Source: Azolla caroliniana (lineage: Eukaryota > Plantae > Polypodiophyta). Taken from it: a stretch of 64,000 bases of DNA. The notes under the pieces were generated by a model that saw nothing but the letters and a program-made list of their open reading frames with translations, was not told where the DNA came from and did no database searches. Of the stretch, positions 37,101 to 50,500 are shown in pieces (positions within the stretch are counted from its first letter, which is position 1; every line of letters begins with the position of its first letter). Position numbers and translations under genes: made by a program. The stretch is taken from assembly GCA_043228905.1 (NCBI GenBank), contig JBHGNT010000008.1:1302001-1366000 (forward strand). The letters run 5' to 3'.

Positions 37101-40100
37101 GAGAAAAGGAAGATTGCTGCATCTAATGACTGGAAGAAAATCCGAGCTCCAGCAAAAAAAAAATTGCCTATACTGGTACAGAGAAAGAGAATGTACATAT
37201 TTCATTGAGTCAGAAGATTGGGAAACCTAAACACCATTCAAACACTTCAGAGAGCTACAAAGAAAGACAGGTAATCAGTTTATCTATCCAATTTATGAAT
37301 CTTCTACAGGAGCATGTACGGACACTGGAATCCTTGTGGTTCCTAAGATACTAAAGGATAAGTCGCTCCAATACAAGAATGGATATATATATATATATAT
37401 ATATATTATTTATGCAAAAAAATGACTGGAAAATGTATCCATCTAGTGAAATGTTAAATTTTGATAGTTTTGCAAAGACAATTAGGAGATATATACCTTC
37501 CATTACTGAAGCAAAACTTAGTTGACCGAGAAAGTATCTGCAACATCAAAGAAAAATTATCAGCCTGTCTAAGTCTTCTCAATGCCTCACTTATTTTTGG
37601 CATCACATTAGAGAGAACAGGTACATTCTTGCGTCTCAATCCCTATTCTAGGATGTCATATCCCAAACAATATCTGATAAAACAGTCATACAAGGATCAG
37701 TGAGGGATAGAAATAAGTGATTATAATTGATGATGAGGAATTTGAATATTCAATCATGCACTCTGGACACTATCATTTGGGAACTTATTCAAGATCGCAT
37801 ACATGGTACGAAACAGAAAGCCCATCAACTCATCTAGACATATGTTAAGCAATATGCTAACTAGGATTTTCAAGAGGTGCATGCTAAATTTCTTACAGCT
37901 CCACCTCCAACGAACAAAGAGTGGAAATGTAGCTAATTTCATTGCAAATAGGAGACAATTTATGGGGATCCTTCAGATACAGAATTTCTGAAGAGATGGA
38001 GTGTCCCCTGGAAACTATGCTCGCCATGTAGCTACTTTTAGCTATGTCATTGTGCCATTTTTCCAAAAATAATAATATAAAACTCATGTACCTGCCTTCC
38101 TGTCAGTTGCCCCTCATCTCTCATTTTTTCTCATTGAAGGATTAAATAAATTATTAGCTAGAACATAATATAAACCAATGCAATCTAAGAAACCAGCAAA
38201 AGTCGAAGTTAAAATTTATATGCATCAAATAACACACATACTTGGCTCTGAAAATACACCAAAAAAGCTCTGATGGTCTCTCGATAAGGCCCAGAAACAC
38301 CATTCCATAAGCTGTTTTCACCTTCAACAATTGTATACCTGCACCATATGCAGGTAGATTTTAAAAAAGTAACCCCAAACAACCATCAAAATCGTATCAT
38401 TTAAAGAAACAAATATTTACAGTACATTAGGGCACATACACAACTCAGACGTGGATCCTCCCAAGAAAGAAGAAATGATTTTATCTTTATCAGTTTAAAA
38501 TACTTTAAAACGAGCACAGGCTGAAATTTGTGGATAATCCTATCCTGAATTTCCCCATTCTCGTCTGTTGTTTCAGGTGACCACTTATGTTCCTGCATTG
38601 ACCATGTCTAAAGCACATTATCACTAAAAAACCTCGTATCACAATTGTTGATCTCCTTGCTTTTGTCGTTACAAAGATTATTCTCATGGAAATTTATTTC
38701 ATTGCTACCATTCATCAGAGTTCTAGTCTCCTTCCTATACAGCTCTTGTCTCTATACTTGTATTATTTGCATCACTCCTGCTCAATGCTATCCCCTCCTC
38801 AATCTGTGACTTGTTTTTCCTTGTCTCTATCCATATTTTCAGACTAATCTCCTCCAAAGGAATACCACATAAAACAGTGGCAATCACTACTAATCCCCTC
38901 AGTTATTTAATATAAGAAACCTACATAATGAATAACACAATGATTCCATTATAGATTTACAAGACAAAGAAAGAATACAATAAAATAAATTCAAAACAAA
39001 TAGTAATTGAATTGAATACAATAAAAGAAACACAAACCAAACATAAATTGAATTTAAAACTCTTTGAAAAATAGATGCAAGATACCCAACAAAACTAAGA
39101 GTAGCTTATTCTGTATTTTAAAGTACCGCAAATTTATTGAGAAGAATACATCTTTCAGAAGATAGCACCTGTTGAAATCGTTATCATATACAATAATCAC
39201 TCATGGACACGATAAATCACCAGTTATTTAATATAAGAAACCTACATAATGAATAACACAATGATTCCATTATAGATTTACAAGACAAAGAAAGAATACA
39301 ATAAAATAAATTCAAAACAAATAGTAATTGAATTGAATACAATAAAAGAAACACAAACCAAACATAAATTGAATTTAAAACTCTTTGAAAAATAGATGCA
39401 AGATACCCAACAAAACTAAGAGTAGCTTATTCTGTATTTTAAAGTACCGCAAATTTATTGAGAAGAATACATCTTTCAGAAGATAGCACCTGTTGAAATC
39501 GTTATCATATACAATAATCACTCATGGACACGATAAATCACCAACTGTGGCATCATCAATATCTAGGTAACTTACGCTATCACTACTAATAGTGTAAAAG
39601 CATTTCATGATAAACCTCCTCTCATAATAAGTTTAATATAGGGAAAAGTACCAGGATACCCCTGGAAGTTTGTCTATTTACCAGAATACCCCTGAAAGTT
39701 CTAAATTTACCAAACTACCCCTATATCCAAAAAAATACATTCTATAAAGTAAATATACACTCAAATGTACAAGCCATATTTACCAAACTACCCTTAAACC
39801 TAGACTTTTTTACCATAGGGCTAGTTTGGTAAATTTGGCTCATAAATCATATCCCCCTCAAACCCTCCACATCCCCATCATATCCCCCTCGAACCATATC
39901 CATCGTCCTCATCATCATCTTCACCATACTCATCTTCCTCTTCGACATCTGCCTCATCACCACCACCACCACCATCATCATTAGGAATTTCCTCCCCCAA
40001 TTTACCATCTCTTCACACGACAGCAGCTCTCTGCTAACCTAGACATCTCCATCGACCTTTTCGAAGCTTCGTATCCATGGCGGTGCAGGATATTATTGCA

Positions 40101-43100
40101 TCGGAGAAGAAGAAAATTGTGGTAAGGATAGCCAAAAAACATCGTGGCCACCACATCGTCTTTCTGAGGGAAGCTTTAACCCTAGCTCTAATTCCTTTGA
40201 TCATCACCACGAGCACGAAGATACGGCCATCAAATGGGGTATCCCTTAGACCCTACGCATCAGAACCATCATGCCGCAGTAAAGGGGAAGCAACATGGTG
40301 ATCTATCCAAAGTATCGACTTTGGATTACCTTTCTGATTCGGACCTGTCTTCCACTCGGATAAACTCTATCGGTGGGGTGGATCCTGATTTTACTCGGAT
40401 TAAGGCTTCGACCAATGATCAAATCAAGTTAATGTGTAGCTTCGGTGGAAAGATCATGTCTCGGCCAATGGATGGGAAGCTCCCATATGTAGGAGGAGAT
40501 ACTCACATTTTGAATGTCATTAGCAAAGCCTCCTATTCTTCTCATCATGATCCACAATTCTATATGGCTGCAGAATCTCCCAAAAATACTCTAGGAAACA
40601 AAAATAGCTTGTAAATAGAAATCTGTAGTCATGGACCAAAAATAATTTAATCCAAGGGATAAGATTTAAGATTTTTTTTCCCAAAAATGTTCCATGTACT
40701 CCCTTCGGATCATGAAAATAAAAACTTCTGGTTGTAATTTGTGTATCTGTAGACCAAACTTGATATATTCACCCAGGATCTAGAGAGAGAGAGAGTACTG
40801 ACCTTATGAAGACGATTGATGATGAACAAGAAAGGAGAGAAAACTACCCAAATAATCACTAAGTAAAGAATTTTCTGTTTGAAGGGTAGTTTGGTAAATA
40901 TGGCTTGTACATTTGAGTGTATATTTACTTTATAGAGTGTATTTTTTTAGACATAGGGGTAGTTTGGTAAATTTAGAACTTTCAGGGGCATTCTGGTAAA
41001 TAGACAAACTTCCAGGGGTATCCTGGTACTTTTCCCTTTAATATATATGTACCTAGAAAACTCAAATATATCTATTCACATAAAGAAAAATTGGAATACA
41101 TACCCAATAGGGTATAAATACATAAAATCGTGGAGTTCAAAAACTTGGGAAAAAATCCACAAAAAACTCTATAAATTGTGAAACAAACGACAAGAAGACA
41201 AGTCTGGCAGATAATAATAAGTGATTCAAAACAATCAAATTCATAACCAGTGAGAAAAGGGTTGCAGGGTTTTGACAACATATACACGTCTCACTGGGAA
41301 ATAGCATAATATATATGTATTAGTATATATAAATACAAAAAAATGCTGTGTGCAAATGTATGCATAATTATCTAATGATATTGTGCTAATTTCTAGAAAT
41401 CCAATTTTATAACCAAACAAATTCCAACTCTGTTAGGCAAGCATACTTAGTGAATCATGAAATACACATTACAGCCATACCATTCAAATTTTGCTTCTGT
41501 TGCATCAAACGGCAAACGATGCCCAAGAAGCCGTCTGACAGCCAGTGCTTCTATTGAACTTTCATCAGAAAGCCGCAAGCATCTAGATCTGATGTCCCCA
41601 ACAGCTGGTCCACCTATTTACAGATAAATACATGTTTGGAAATAAAATTATCAAAAATGAACCATGACACTCCAATACTGTTTCTCACGTTTAAATGCAC
41701 GATACTAGAAAGCATTTTGATGTTTAGGTTGTGTACTTTCTATAATTAACATGATGGAAAATAGACCTCACCTAGCACGCGCACAATTTCTGCAGTACTT
41801 CCACCATCATCTGACACTGGAAGAACATGACTGACATGAGTTGTGAACTTTTTAAGTTCTTCAACAACACCATTGAAGGCAGTTCCACCTGCAACAATAA
41901 TAAGGTCAGAGAGCTAATAGGAACATAAGGATTTATGTATAATGCAACTTTTGGGTTCAGCTTATAGTCACATATATTCATCACAAATGAGAGCTCGTTA
42001 ACCCACTTAGCTTTCTTGTGACTATTAATTGATATTTATATTGGTGACACAGATAAAAAAATTACAGAGAAGAAGAGCTGACTTTCACATGCAATAAGGG
42101 AAACCTGAGATGTCAGGCGAACCACAGACAAACACTCATGATGGCCATTCAAAATCATATTTAAGTGTTGAATCTAATGTTGGGCCAAGGTTAAATCATT
42201 AGCATATGCCTTTCAATTCCAATCTTATATAGACACGTAAATCACTAATTCAGAGACATATTTCCAGTATTTTGAATCAATAAAACGTTACAAAGACAAA
42301 GAATCTCACACAGCCAAATATTTCTCCCAGTTCCATGCCTAGAATTACCATGGGCATGTCCTACCAAGGCATAAGTGTTCTTGCATTCTAACAACGTGAC
42401 CTTCCAAACTAGTTTTTCATGCACGAAATAAAAGGAAATGATGAGAAGAAACCAAAATAGGTAAGAATCTCATACATTTCTAGTGATTTCCATTTGTTTC
42501 ATAACTATTGCCAATTAACAAGATGCAAATTTTACCTTGCTGAGAATTTTGAGTGGATGAGCCACATTATTAGAAAATAGCATAGACGTATAGGAATTAT
42601 AATGGTAATAAAAAATCCAACTAACATGTTAGTAAAAGAGGCACTTTATCACAAAATACCACCAATTTACATGAGCTACCTGAAATTCTGCATGATTCTA
42701 TCTGCTTTTAATCCTCTTTATAAATCATTCTAGCACGCAGTTCAAAACTTTGATTGACATTTTAAACTTTGGAGAATGAGGGCACCTGTTTCCAATAAAG
42801 TGGTTTTGATCCTCCAAACTACCTTCTCATTCCTTAACGAATATAGGACATAAAGGAAATATAGGGAATTTGTAAGAAATGTCAACAGTTCTATCGAGAT
42901 TTCAATCAACAAGAACAAAAAGTTGACCTACATTCAGTGGAAGACCGGACTATGTTTTCACGCATGAAATAATAGGCGATTTTACGATAAATTGTATATG
43001 TTGCTATTAAATTTTTTTAGCTTTAGAAAGATCTCCGACAGGAATGTTAGCAATATATTTTGAGAACTCTTGTTCTCATCCTCCAAACCACATCTTCATG

Positions 43101-43991
43101 CAGTAAACTATAAAGAAACTTCTGAGAAAATACCACAAATTCGTAAAAATATTGTACTTTGTTCTTTTAACAAAGAATTGCAATCAGCAAGTTCAAAATT
43201 CAACCGGCATTATAGTAAATGATGAAACTACCATTCAATCATGAAATATAAGAGAAGATGAAAAAATGCCACAAATTTATAGGTATCTGTATTGGATTGT
43301 GTTTCCTTTACAAATATTTTCAACCAGAAAATGAAAATATTCTACCAACATTTTAGTGAGTGAGGCATCTTTTAATGAGTACCACAGAGTTATGAGAAAT
43401 TTGATATGTTTGTTCCAGATTTGGTTACCTTTGTAAAGATGTCTACCTGGTAGGATCTAGAATTTGACTGCAATTTTTAGTGACTATTTCCCCGGTACAT
43501 TGCCTTTAACGCATGAATAATAGGAAATTACAAGAAAACATGGCAAATTTATATGTTTCCCTTTACGAAGATTTCCAAGGGGCAAGTTCAAAAATTCAAA
43601 ATACATTGTAATGAGTGAGAATGAATAAAACAACTAGAAATTCCCCATTATATCAAAACCAAATGATAATCATACTTGTAGAGTTTCCATCATATACAAA
43701 CGATCACCGAGAGAGAGAGAGAGAGAATATACCAGAGAAGATAAGCAGCCAAGGAGACATTGAGAAGGAAGAAAAAGATATTTCATTACTGATGCGATGA
43801 TCTTCTGAAGGTGGAGAAGACGATGAGATATGAGGGAGGTGGTTGAAAGAAGAAGAAGAAGAAGAAGAAGAGGTAAAAGTCATGGCGATGGAGCTTTTCG
43901 AGAAATTATTATTCCTCTTCTGATAAGACTTCGCAGAGGTGGAGGAAGGGAAGCTTGAGGTGGAGAGAGGGAGAGCTGCAGAGGAGATCAT
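34154..43991 (-). CDS. MEE18: UPF0052/CofD-YvcK family protein (MEE18 / yeast YNL011C-like), 13 exons, Ser-rich N-terminal extension
   Basis: GT-AG exons in phase: 43991-43733, 41888-41772, 41613-41481, 38338-38242, 37537-37497, 37172-37016, 36932-36846, 35465-35382, 35261-35160, 35007-34960, 34835-34710, 34591-34499, 34249-34154. Motifs FSGGTAFN, PVSDDGGST, GGPAVGDIRSR, SIGNFFFAGARIFF, IRGQNEISHP, YGMGSLFTSICPSL, LNGTHDRET. Confidence 0.93.
38900..39541. repeat. Perfect 321-bp tandem duplication in intron 3
   Basis: 38900-39220 repeated at 39221-39541; no differences seen by eye. Confidence 0.9.
39641..41036. mobile_element. Non-autonomous Mutator-like element (Pack-MULE) in intron 3 of the MEE18-like gene
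   Basis: 155-bp TIRs 39641-39795 and 40882-41036 (GGGAAAAGTACCAGG...), perfect 9-bp TSD TTTAATATA, no transposase, internal gene-like fragments. Confidence 0.93.
40300..40540 (+). pseudogene. Captured PB1-domain gene fragment
   Basis: QIKLMCSFGGKIMSRPMDGKLPYVGGDTHIL matches the plant PB1 N-terminal motif (K.MCSFGG.I.PRP.DG.L.YVGG.T); C-terminal half of PB1 is missing. Confidence 0.85.
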
Positions 43992-44406
43992 CGAAGCAGA
44001 GAAAGAGAAAGCAGGGGAGAAAGAAGAAAAGCAGAAGGAGAGCTGAAATTAGGTGCTTTTGAAGGAAAGGGTAGTTCTGTAATTTCAAAAACCCATTGAG
44101 GGTATTCTTGTGAATTAAAATGCTTGATAAGGAAAGGGTAGTTCTGTGAGAGTATTAAATTTATTGAGGGTATTATTGTGAATTAAAAGAAACTTTGGGG
44201 GAGGGGGTTATGTTGGTGAGCTTGTTACAAGCTTAGTGGTCATTCTATTATTCTTGACACTTGCCTAACAAAAGGCCATGTCAAATGGCATTCATGGTAT
44301 TGCTTGACGCCGATTCAAAATTCCCGTTCTGCGTGGTGCTCTCTGGACTTGAGTATTGATTCAATTTCATGATATTGCCTGACATCGATCCGGAATTCCG
44401 TTCTAT

Positions 44407-44560
44407 GTGTCAATCATCGAGACCGGTGAGATCACGTCCCTCCTCTCCGGAAAATTCGAGATGATGCACTTGAAGGAGCTCCATTACTTCCTTGGCATCG
44501 AGGTAATTTGGACTCCAGCAAGCATTATGATCTCCCAACGGCACTACATCCTCAACTTGT
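44407..44560 (+). pseudogene. Copia RT fragment
   Basis: SLLSGKFEMMHLKELHYFLGIEV...ISQRHYILNLL, same family as Copia A/E. Confidence 0.75.
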
Positions 44561-45805
44561 TATCGTTTCTTGTTATGATGATATCGTCCATGCAACAATG
44601 CAAGCTGTGAAACTCATTATAAGAATGGCGTTCGTACTTGAGTACCTCTCATGATATATTCAATGTGCCAAGACAATGGCCTTACTATGAATCATTTCAC
44701 CCATTGACCATTTTCACTATCAAGAGAGGCACATGGGATAATTACAATGCCGTGGAGCAAATTCCCTTTTTGTATATGGTACATAATTGTAGATACATAA
44801 TATTTTGGCAATGTTTCTCTTTTTCTTTTTGTCCCCCTCTTTAGTATTTGTCGCAAGGGATTCACGAAAATGGAAAATGTGGCATTTAAAAAAATTGAAG
44901 AAGTGCCATGAAATCGTCAAAAAAATCGAAGAATATGCACCATATGGCACCCATGCGGTATTGAATCTAATGAACTGTAGGAATTCATAGCAATGCCTAT
45001 TAAAGGGCAACTCTTTATGTTCAAACATGGTATTGTGAAGAGCATCAATTTCAACAATGTAATGCCTTTTTTTAATCATGAATAGTTTGTGTGTGTGAGC
45101 TCAAACTACAATCACTATAATACAAGGGGGCATAACATCGAGCCCTTTTTACTAAAAATGCAACACTAAACTAGTGCCCTTTTTTAGATCAAACATTGCA
45201 ATAAATGTCGCAATATAAAAACCGACATTTAGCCTCGTGTTTTTAAAAAATTTGAGAAAACATTATAAGGAAAGGGGGATTCAAATCCCCCTTTCTTGTT
45301 CTTGAGCCATCTCCTACTCTACATCTGAAGCACGATCCCACCCTTGATGATACATTTCTCTCTCCCATACAAATTAGGGTTTATACCTCGACATAATGAT
45401 TCACGTCCCTTGTCCACATGATGGTTTCAATTCACTTATTTACATGAGGGAACAATCAATTTTTATGAGTCGATTCCGTAGATGGTTGATGTTGGAGTTT
45501 TTCAACCTCCGCGTGATTTCTTAACTTCACCTATCCACATAGAAGCACTTTGATTGTTTTATTGCACATGTCTCATACATGATAGAAACAACTACTAAAG
45601 CAAACTCTAGCCTTACTCCACAACCTAATCACATTCACATGACGAGCCCATGCCCCTTTATCATGTTTCGATGCACTCAATAAAAAGAGTAAAGAGACAA
45701 GAAATCACAAAGATGATCTACCTTTCACTAAAATGCTTAAATAGTTACAAGCTTAAGTTAATCACAATGATTAGGCTTAATGCTTGAGGTTAAGAACGCA
45801 AGTAA

Positions 45806-45810
45806 AGAGA

Positions 45811-45870
<60 letters not shown>
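45806..45870. repeat. (GA)n microsatellite
   Basis: Long GA dinucleotide run. Confidence 0.95.
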
Positions 45871-45874
<4 letters not shown>

Positions 45875-45969
45875 CGATCTCTACAAAAATGAGATGTGCA
45901 ACCTCGTCCCCACATCAACACACAAGAAGTCTATTAGCTATCAATTATGGACTTACAAAGTAAAGTGCA

Positions 45970-46125
45970 TTGTTGAAGGCTCTGCCATGTGATACAAAGT
46001 TTAACTCATGGAGAAAAGATATGACAAGGCAACAACTCCACAAAATGGATGTCAAGAATGCCTTCCTCCAAGGAGAGCTCGAGGAAGATGCGTACATGAT
46101 ACAACCACTCAGGTTCAAATCGGAA
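45970..46125 (+). pseudogene. Copia RT fragment
   Basis: LHKMDVKNAFLQGELEEDAYMIQP. Confidence 0.75.
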
Positions 46126-46209
46126 TATTACCTACGTTGCCGCAAAGTTACGTGAGTGTGAAATCTAAGCGAGACCACAAGGACTTGAACCAGAGAGGAT
46201 GGGTGACTT

Positions 46210-46590
46210 GAAGGTTCATTAGACTCAAAAGATCATTAGAGTCCAAAGCTCCTAAGAGTCAAAAGGTTGCTAGACTCCTAAACTCGAAGGCTCCTCATAA
46301 TCAAAGGCTCTTCAGAATCAAAAGGCTCGTCAGAGTTGAATGCTCTCTAGAGTTGAAGATAAGGCAAAGTCGAATGCTTGTTTGAGTCAAAGGCTCTAGA
46401 GAGTCAAAGGATTGTCAGAGTTGACGATAAGGCAAAGTCGATTGCTCGTTTGAGTCAAAGGCTCTAGAGTGTCAAAGGACTGTTTGGATCGAAGATAAGG
46501 CGAAGTCAAAAGTAAGTCAATGTTGAAGGCTCGTTTGAGTCAAAGGTTCTGCAGAGTCAAAGGATTGTCAGAGTCGAAGGTAAGCCACAT
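46210..46590. repeat. Degenerate tandem repeat (~17-bp gagtcaaaggctctaga units, ~69-bp higher order), probably in an old LTR
   Basis: Repeated gagtcaaagg...; three copies of gataaggc(a/g)aagtc...gtttgagtcaaagg. Upstream 46135-46195 resembles the reverse-complement U5 of the Gypsy LTRs. Confidence 0.65.
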
Positions 46591-47458
46591 TCAAAGGTAC
46601 AATGACTAGTCGAAAAATGATTAACACGTGAGATTATGAACGAAACCTACATTTTTTTTTCCAAACAACATATTCTTCCATTAGTTTTAAAAAGTCATAT
46701 CAGATACAAAATACAAAATAGAGAAGCGACAATTCTTCCCAATAAACTTTTACAAATGATCTCATCATGTATTCGTTAACCCTTACAAATTCCCCAAACG
46801 AAACCTACGTTTAGCCCAAAGAACATGTGACTAGGAAGAGATTTCACAATATTAAGTCTGAAAACACTAGATTAAGAAAGAAATTCCCTTCATAGAATAA
46901 ATTTACAAGTTTGAGTGTAAATGAATACGATGGTGTTAATTTTTCAAAAATAAAATAAAAACTAAGAACCCTATCATTCATAAAGAAGAAGAAAATATAA
47001 TCCTAAGATCTTGAATATGTTCAGGAGAAGAAGATGATGATAAAGGAAAGAATAACCAGAGAAGATATGTTTGCGAGTAGAACTTTAGGGGGATATCCTC
47101 GAGTTTCGATGCAATGTCCCAACAATGACAGCCATGTTGCCTCTTGTCGATATTGGTCTTGCACGCCCCGCAACCTTAACTTTCTCGCATCTGAATTCGA
47201 CAATGCTTCCATGTCTCTCTCTTTCTTCCCCCCCAAAAATGAGCTCTCTTCATCCTTTTATAGGATTCAAGAGGCTCTCTCATGAATAATATTAGTAGGT
47301 GCTTTTCTATTTTAGCGCACACCACACTTTCTTACTTTTCACTTGTATGCACTACTTTCATCCTCTTGGCGCCTGATGTTAGCAAAAAGCTTTGAGAAGC
47401 TCTTAGCAATTGAGCTACGACTTTTTATTATTTTTAAATGCATTTCATTATTTGTTCT

Positions 47459-47490
47459 TGTAAAGAATCAAGAGTGATTCTGTGCAACGG

Positions 47491-47521
<31 letters not shown>

Positions 47522-50500
47522 GAGAGAGAGAGGGAGAGAGCACTAGACAAGAAATTGTATATTACATCCAATAGTAACTAAGTTACAAAAGGTTAGTTTA
47601 AATACCAACTGATCTACATTAAGTGCTCTTTTTACTAATTACAAATCTAGCCTACCATGATGTCCACTAGCTAGTGTGAACACTGTCTCTGTGGGAAGTT
47701 GAGTTCGATTCTCAACACACCCCTTCGAACACAACTTTCGGATGTCAAAAGATTGTTTTGGTTCGGTCTTCGAAATACTTTGATTCGATTGAATCGGTTT
47801 TGACTTCACTTTTTGATTTCGGTTTTTGACACGGCTTACCATTTCGATTGTTCGATTGTTTGTTCGTACTTCGACTCCTCTAGTCGGCTTCGATCAACTG
47901 ATCAGTTACTGTTCGGCATCAGCTGCTACTGTACTCCCCCTCAAGCACGACTGGTCGGTGATTGAGAGACCAAGGTTCATCGCAAATTGCCGCAACTTGT
48001 CGATACCGAGGGCTTTTTTGAAGATGTCAACAACCTGGAGGTTCGTGCTGATATGTTGTAAATCGATATCACCAGCCTGAACATGTTCGTGAATAAAGTG
48101 ATAGTGCACTTAGATGTGTTTGGTCCGCACGTGGAATACCTGGTTCTGAGCGAGGTAGATGCTGCTCATGTTGTCGCAGAAGAGGCGAATTGGATCCGTA
48201 ATGGGAACGCCCAGATCCTTCATGATGCGTTTGAGCCAGACAGCTTCACATGGGGCGATTGCCGTGCTTCTATATTCAGCCTCCATGCTCGACAGTGCGA
48301 TTGCTGGTTGTTTTCTTGCTACTCCAGGAGATCGCTCCGCTGCCGAGGGAGAAGACGAATCTGGAAGTGGATCGTCTATCGACCTTATAACCGGCCCAAT
48401 ATGCATCCGTGTACCCTTCGAGTTGAATAAGCGTATTCGACTTATACATAATGCCATAATCCATCGTCGTACAGACATATCGAAGTATCCTCTTAGCGCA
48501 ATCTAGATGATCATTTCGTGTGTTCTGCATGAATTGGCTAAGTAGGCCGACTAAATAGTTAAGATAGGGTTGTGTGATGGTTAGATAGATTAGGCTGCCG
48601 ATCAGTTGTCGATACTAAGTCGGCTCGTACTCGGTTGTGCCCGAATCGACATCGAGCTTGAGATTTCGATCAAGACGGGTAGACACATGTTTGCACTCGG
48701 TCATTCTGAACTTGTAGAGTAAGTTGAGAACGTAGTGCCATTGAGTGATCAATGTCCCGACTGGTGTCCGAATTACTTCGATACCAAGGAAGTAATGGAG
48801 CTTGTGCATATCTTTCATTTAGACTTTGTTGGATAAGAGTGATTTTACCTTATTAATCTCAGTGAGATCCTTTCCTCCGATGACCAGAACATCCACGTAC
48901 AAGATGATGACAATTTGGTTGTTCGACTCATTTCAGATGTATAGGGAGTTGTCCGATTTCAACATTTGAAAACCAATTTGATCAAGATATTGAGTGATCT
49001 TCGAATGCCAAGCACGTGGTGCTTGCTTAAGGCCGTAGAGTGGCTTCTTTAGTCTACATACTGCTTTCAGATGATTTTTTAATTCGAAACCAGGGGGTTG
49101 AATCATGAACACCTCCTCTTCTAATTCTCCTTGAAGAAAGGTATTCTTGATGTCCATTTGGTGAAGACACCACCCTTTTGCAATTGCGAGTGCAATTACG
49201 GTCCACATAGTCATCATCTTTGCCACCGGGGCAAAGGTCTCCTCATAATCGACTCCGTGCATTTGTGTGTATCCTTTTGCGACGAGTCATGCTTTGAAGC
49301 AACTTACTGAGCCGTCGGCATTGTATTTGACCTTATAGATCCATCTGCAACCAATCGTTTTCCTGTGAGGTGAATGGGGAACAAGATCCCATGTCTCGTT
49401 TTTGCACAAGGCCTGCATTTCTTCATTCATCACGTCGACCCATTGTGGGTCCTTCACGACTTCGGAAAATGTTTTTGGCTCTCAGACAGTTGCTACCTTC
49501 ATCATAAAGGCATAATGATACGCCATGTACTCATCGTAGCCAAATCGGCTTACGGGGTTCTTTTCACGGGCGGACTGGCGTAACTTCTCGTTCGCAGAGA
49601 CTAATGCTTTCTTCGCTCCATTCATTTGGATGATTGGGATGTCCAGGCCTTTGAACTCACTGTCACGGGAGTGAGTTGACTCGTTGTCGATTGGATCTTC
49701 GTATTCAGATATCTTGACCTTCCCTTTGTCGAGTTTTAGACTCGGCCGAGATGTGCTTTGGTCACTCGGGGGCTCCTGTGGTCCAGAAAGCCTTGTCGTA
49801 ACCGGACTTTCTCTAAACATGTGTATGAGTCAAAATTTGTCTTTTATCTCTCATTCAGCATTCCGGGTTGACTGGAGTAGAAATTGGAATCTTTTCTAGA
49901 TCATATCAGGATGTTGACTCGTTGAAAATGACGTCTCGACTCACTCAAGCTTTTCAGGTAGATGGTTTGTAGCATTTGTACCCCTTCTGTTCGAGTCAGT
50001 ACCCTACGAGGATACATTTCTCCAACTTCGGGTCAAGCTTTTGTCACGTCTCATCGAGAATATGCACGCAGGCAATTGAGTCGAAAATCCGGACATGTGA
50101 TAAATCCAACTTCTTTCCAAAAGACCTCTCATGAGGGGTTACGTCGTGTACCCCAAAGGTTTTACACCTGTTCATGAGATATACGGCTGTGTTCGTTGCT
50201 TCTGCCCAGTACGATTTCGGTAGGTTCTTCTCATTCATCATTGCCTGTGCAACCTCTCCCATGTGCCGATTCTTCTGTTCGACTACACCATTTTGCTGAG
50301 GTGTATGTCAACACGAGAATTCTCGTCGAATTCCTTCCTTTCGGAGATACACCGTAGATTTGTCCGAGAAATACTCCTTTCCTCCATCTGATCGAAGGCA
50401 TCGTACCTGTCGACCCGAGGGTTTTTTGACTTCATTTTTTAACTTTTGGAAGTGTCTGAACACTTTGCTCTTCTGCCGCATAGGGTAGATCTAGGTGTGC

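Noticed and set aside
40234-40614. Intact nested PB1 gene
   Set aside because: Only half of the domain, inside MULE TIRs, with a non-ATG-supported context; treated as a captured fragment.
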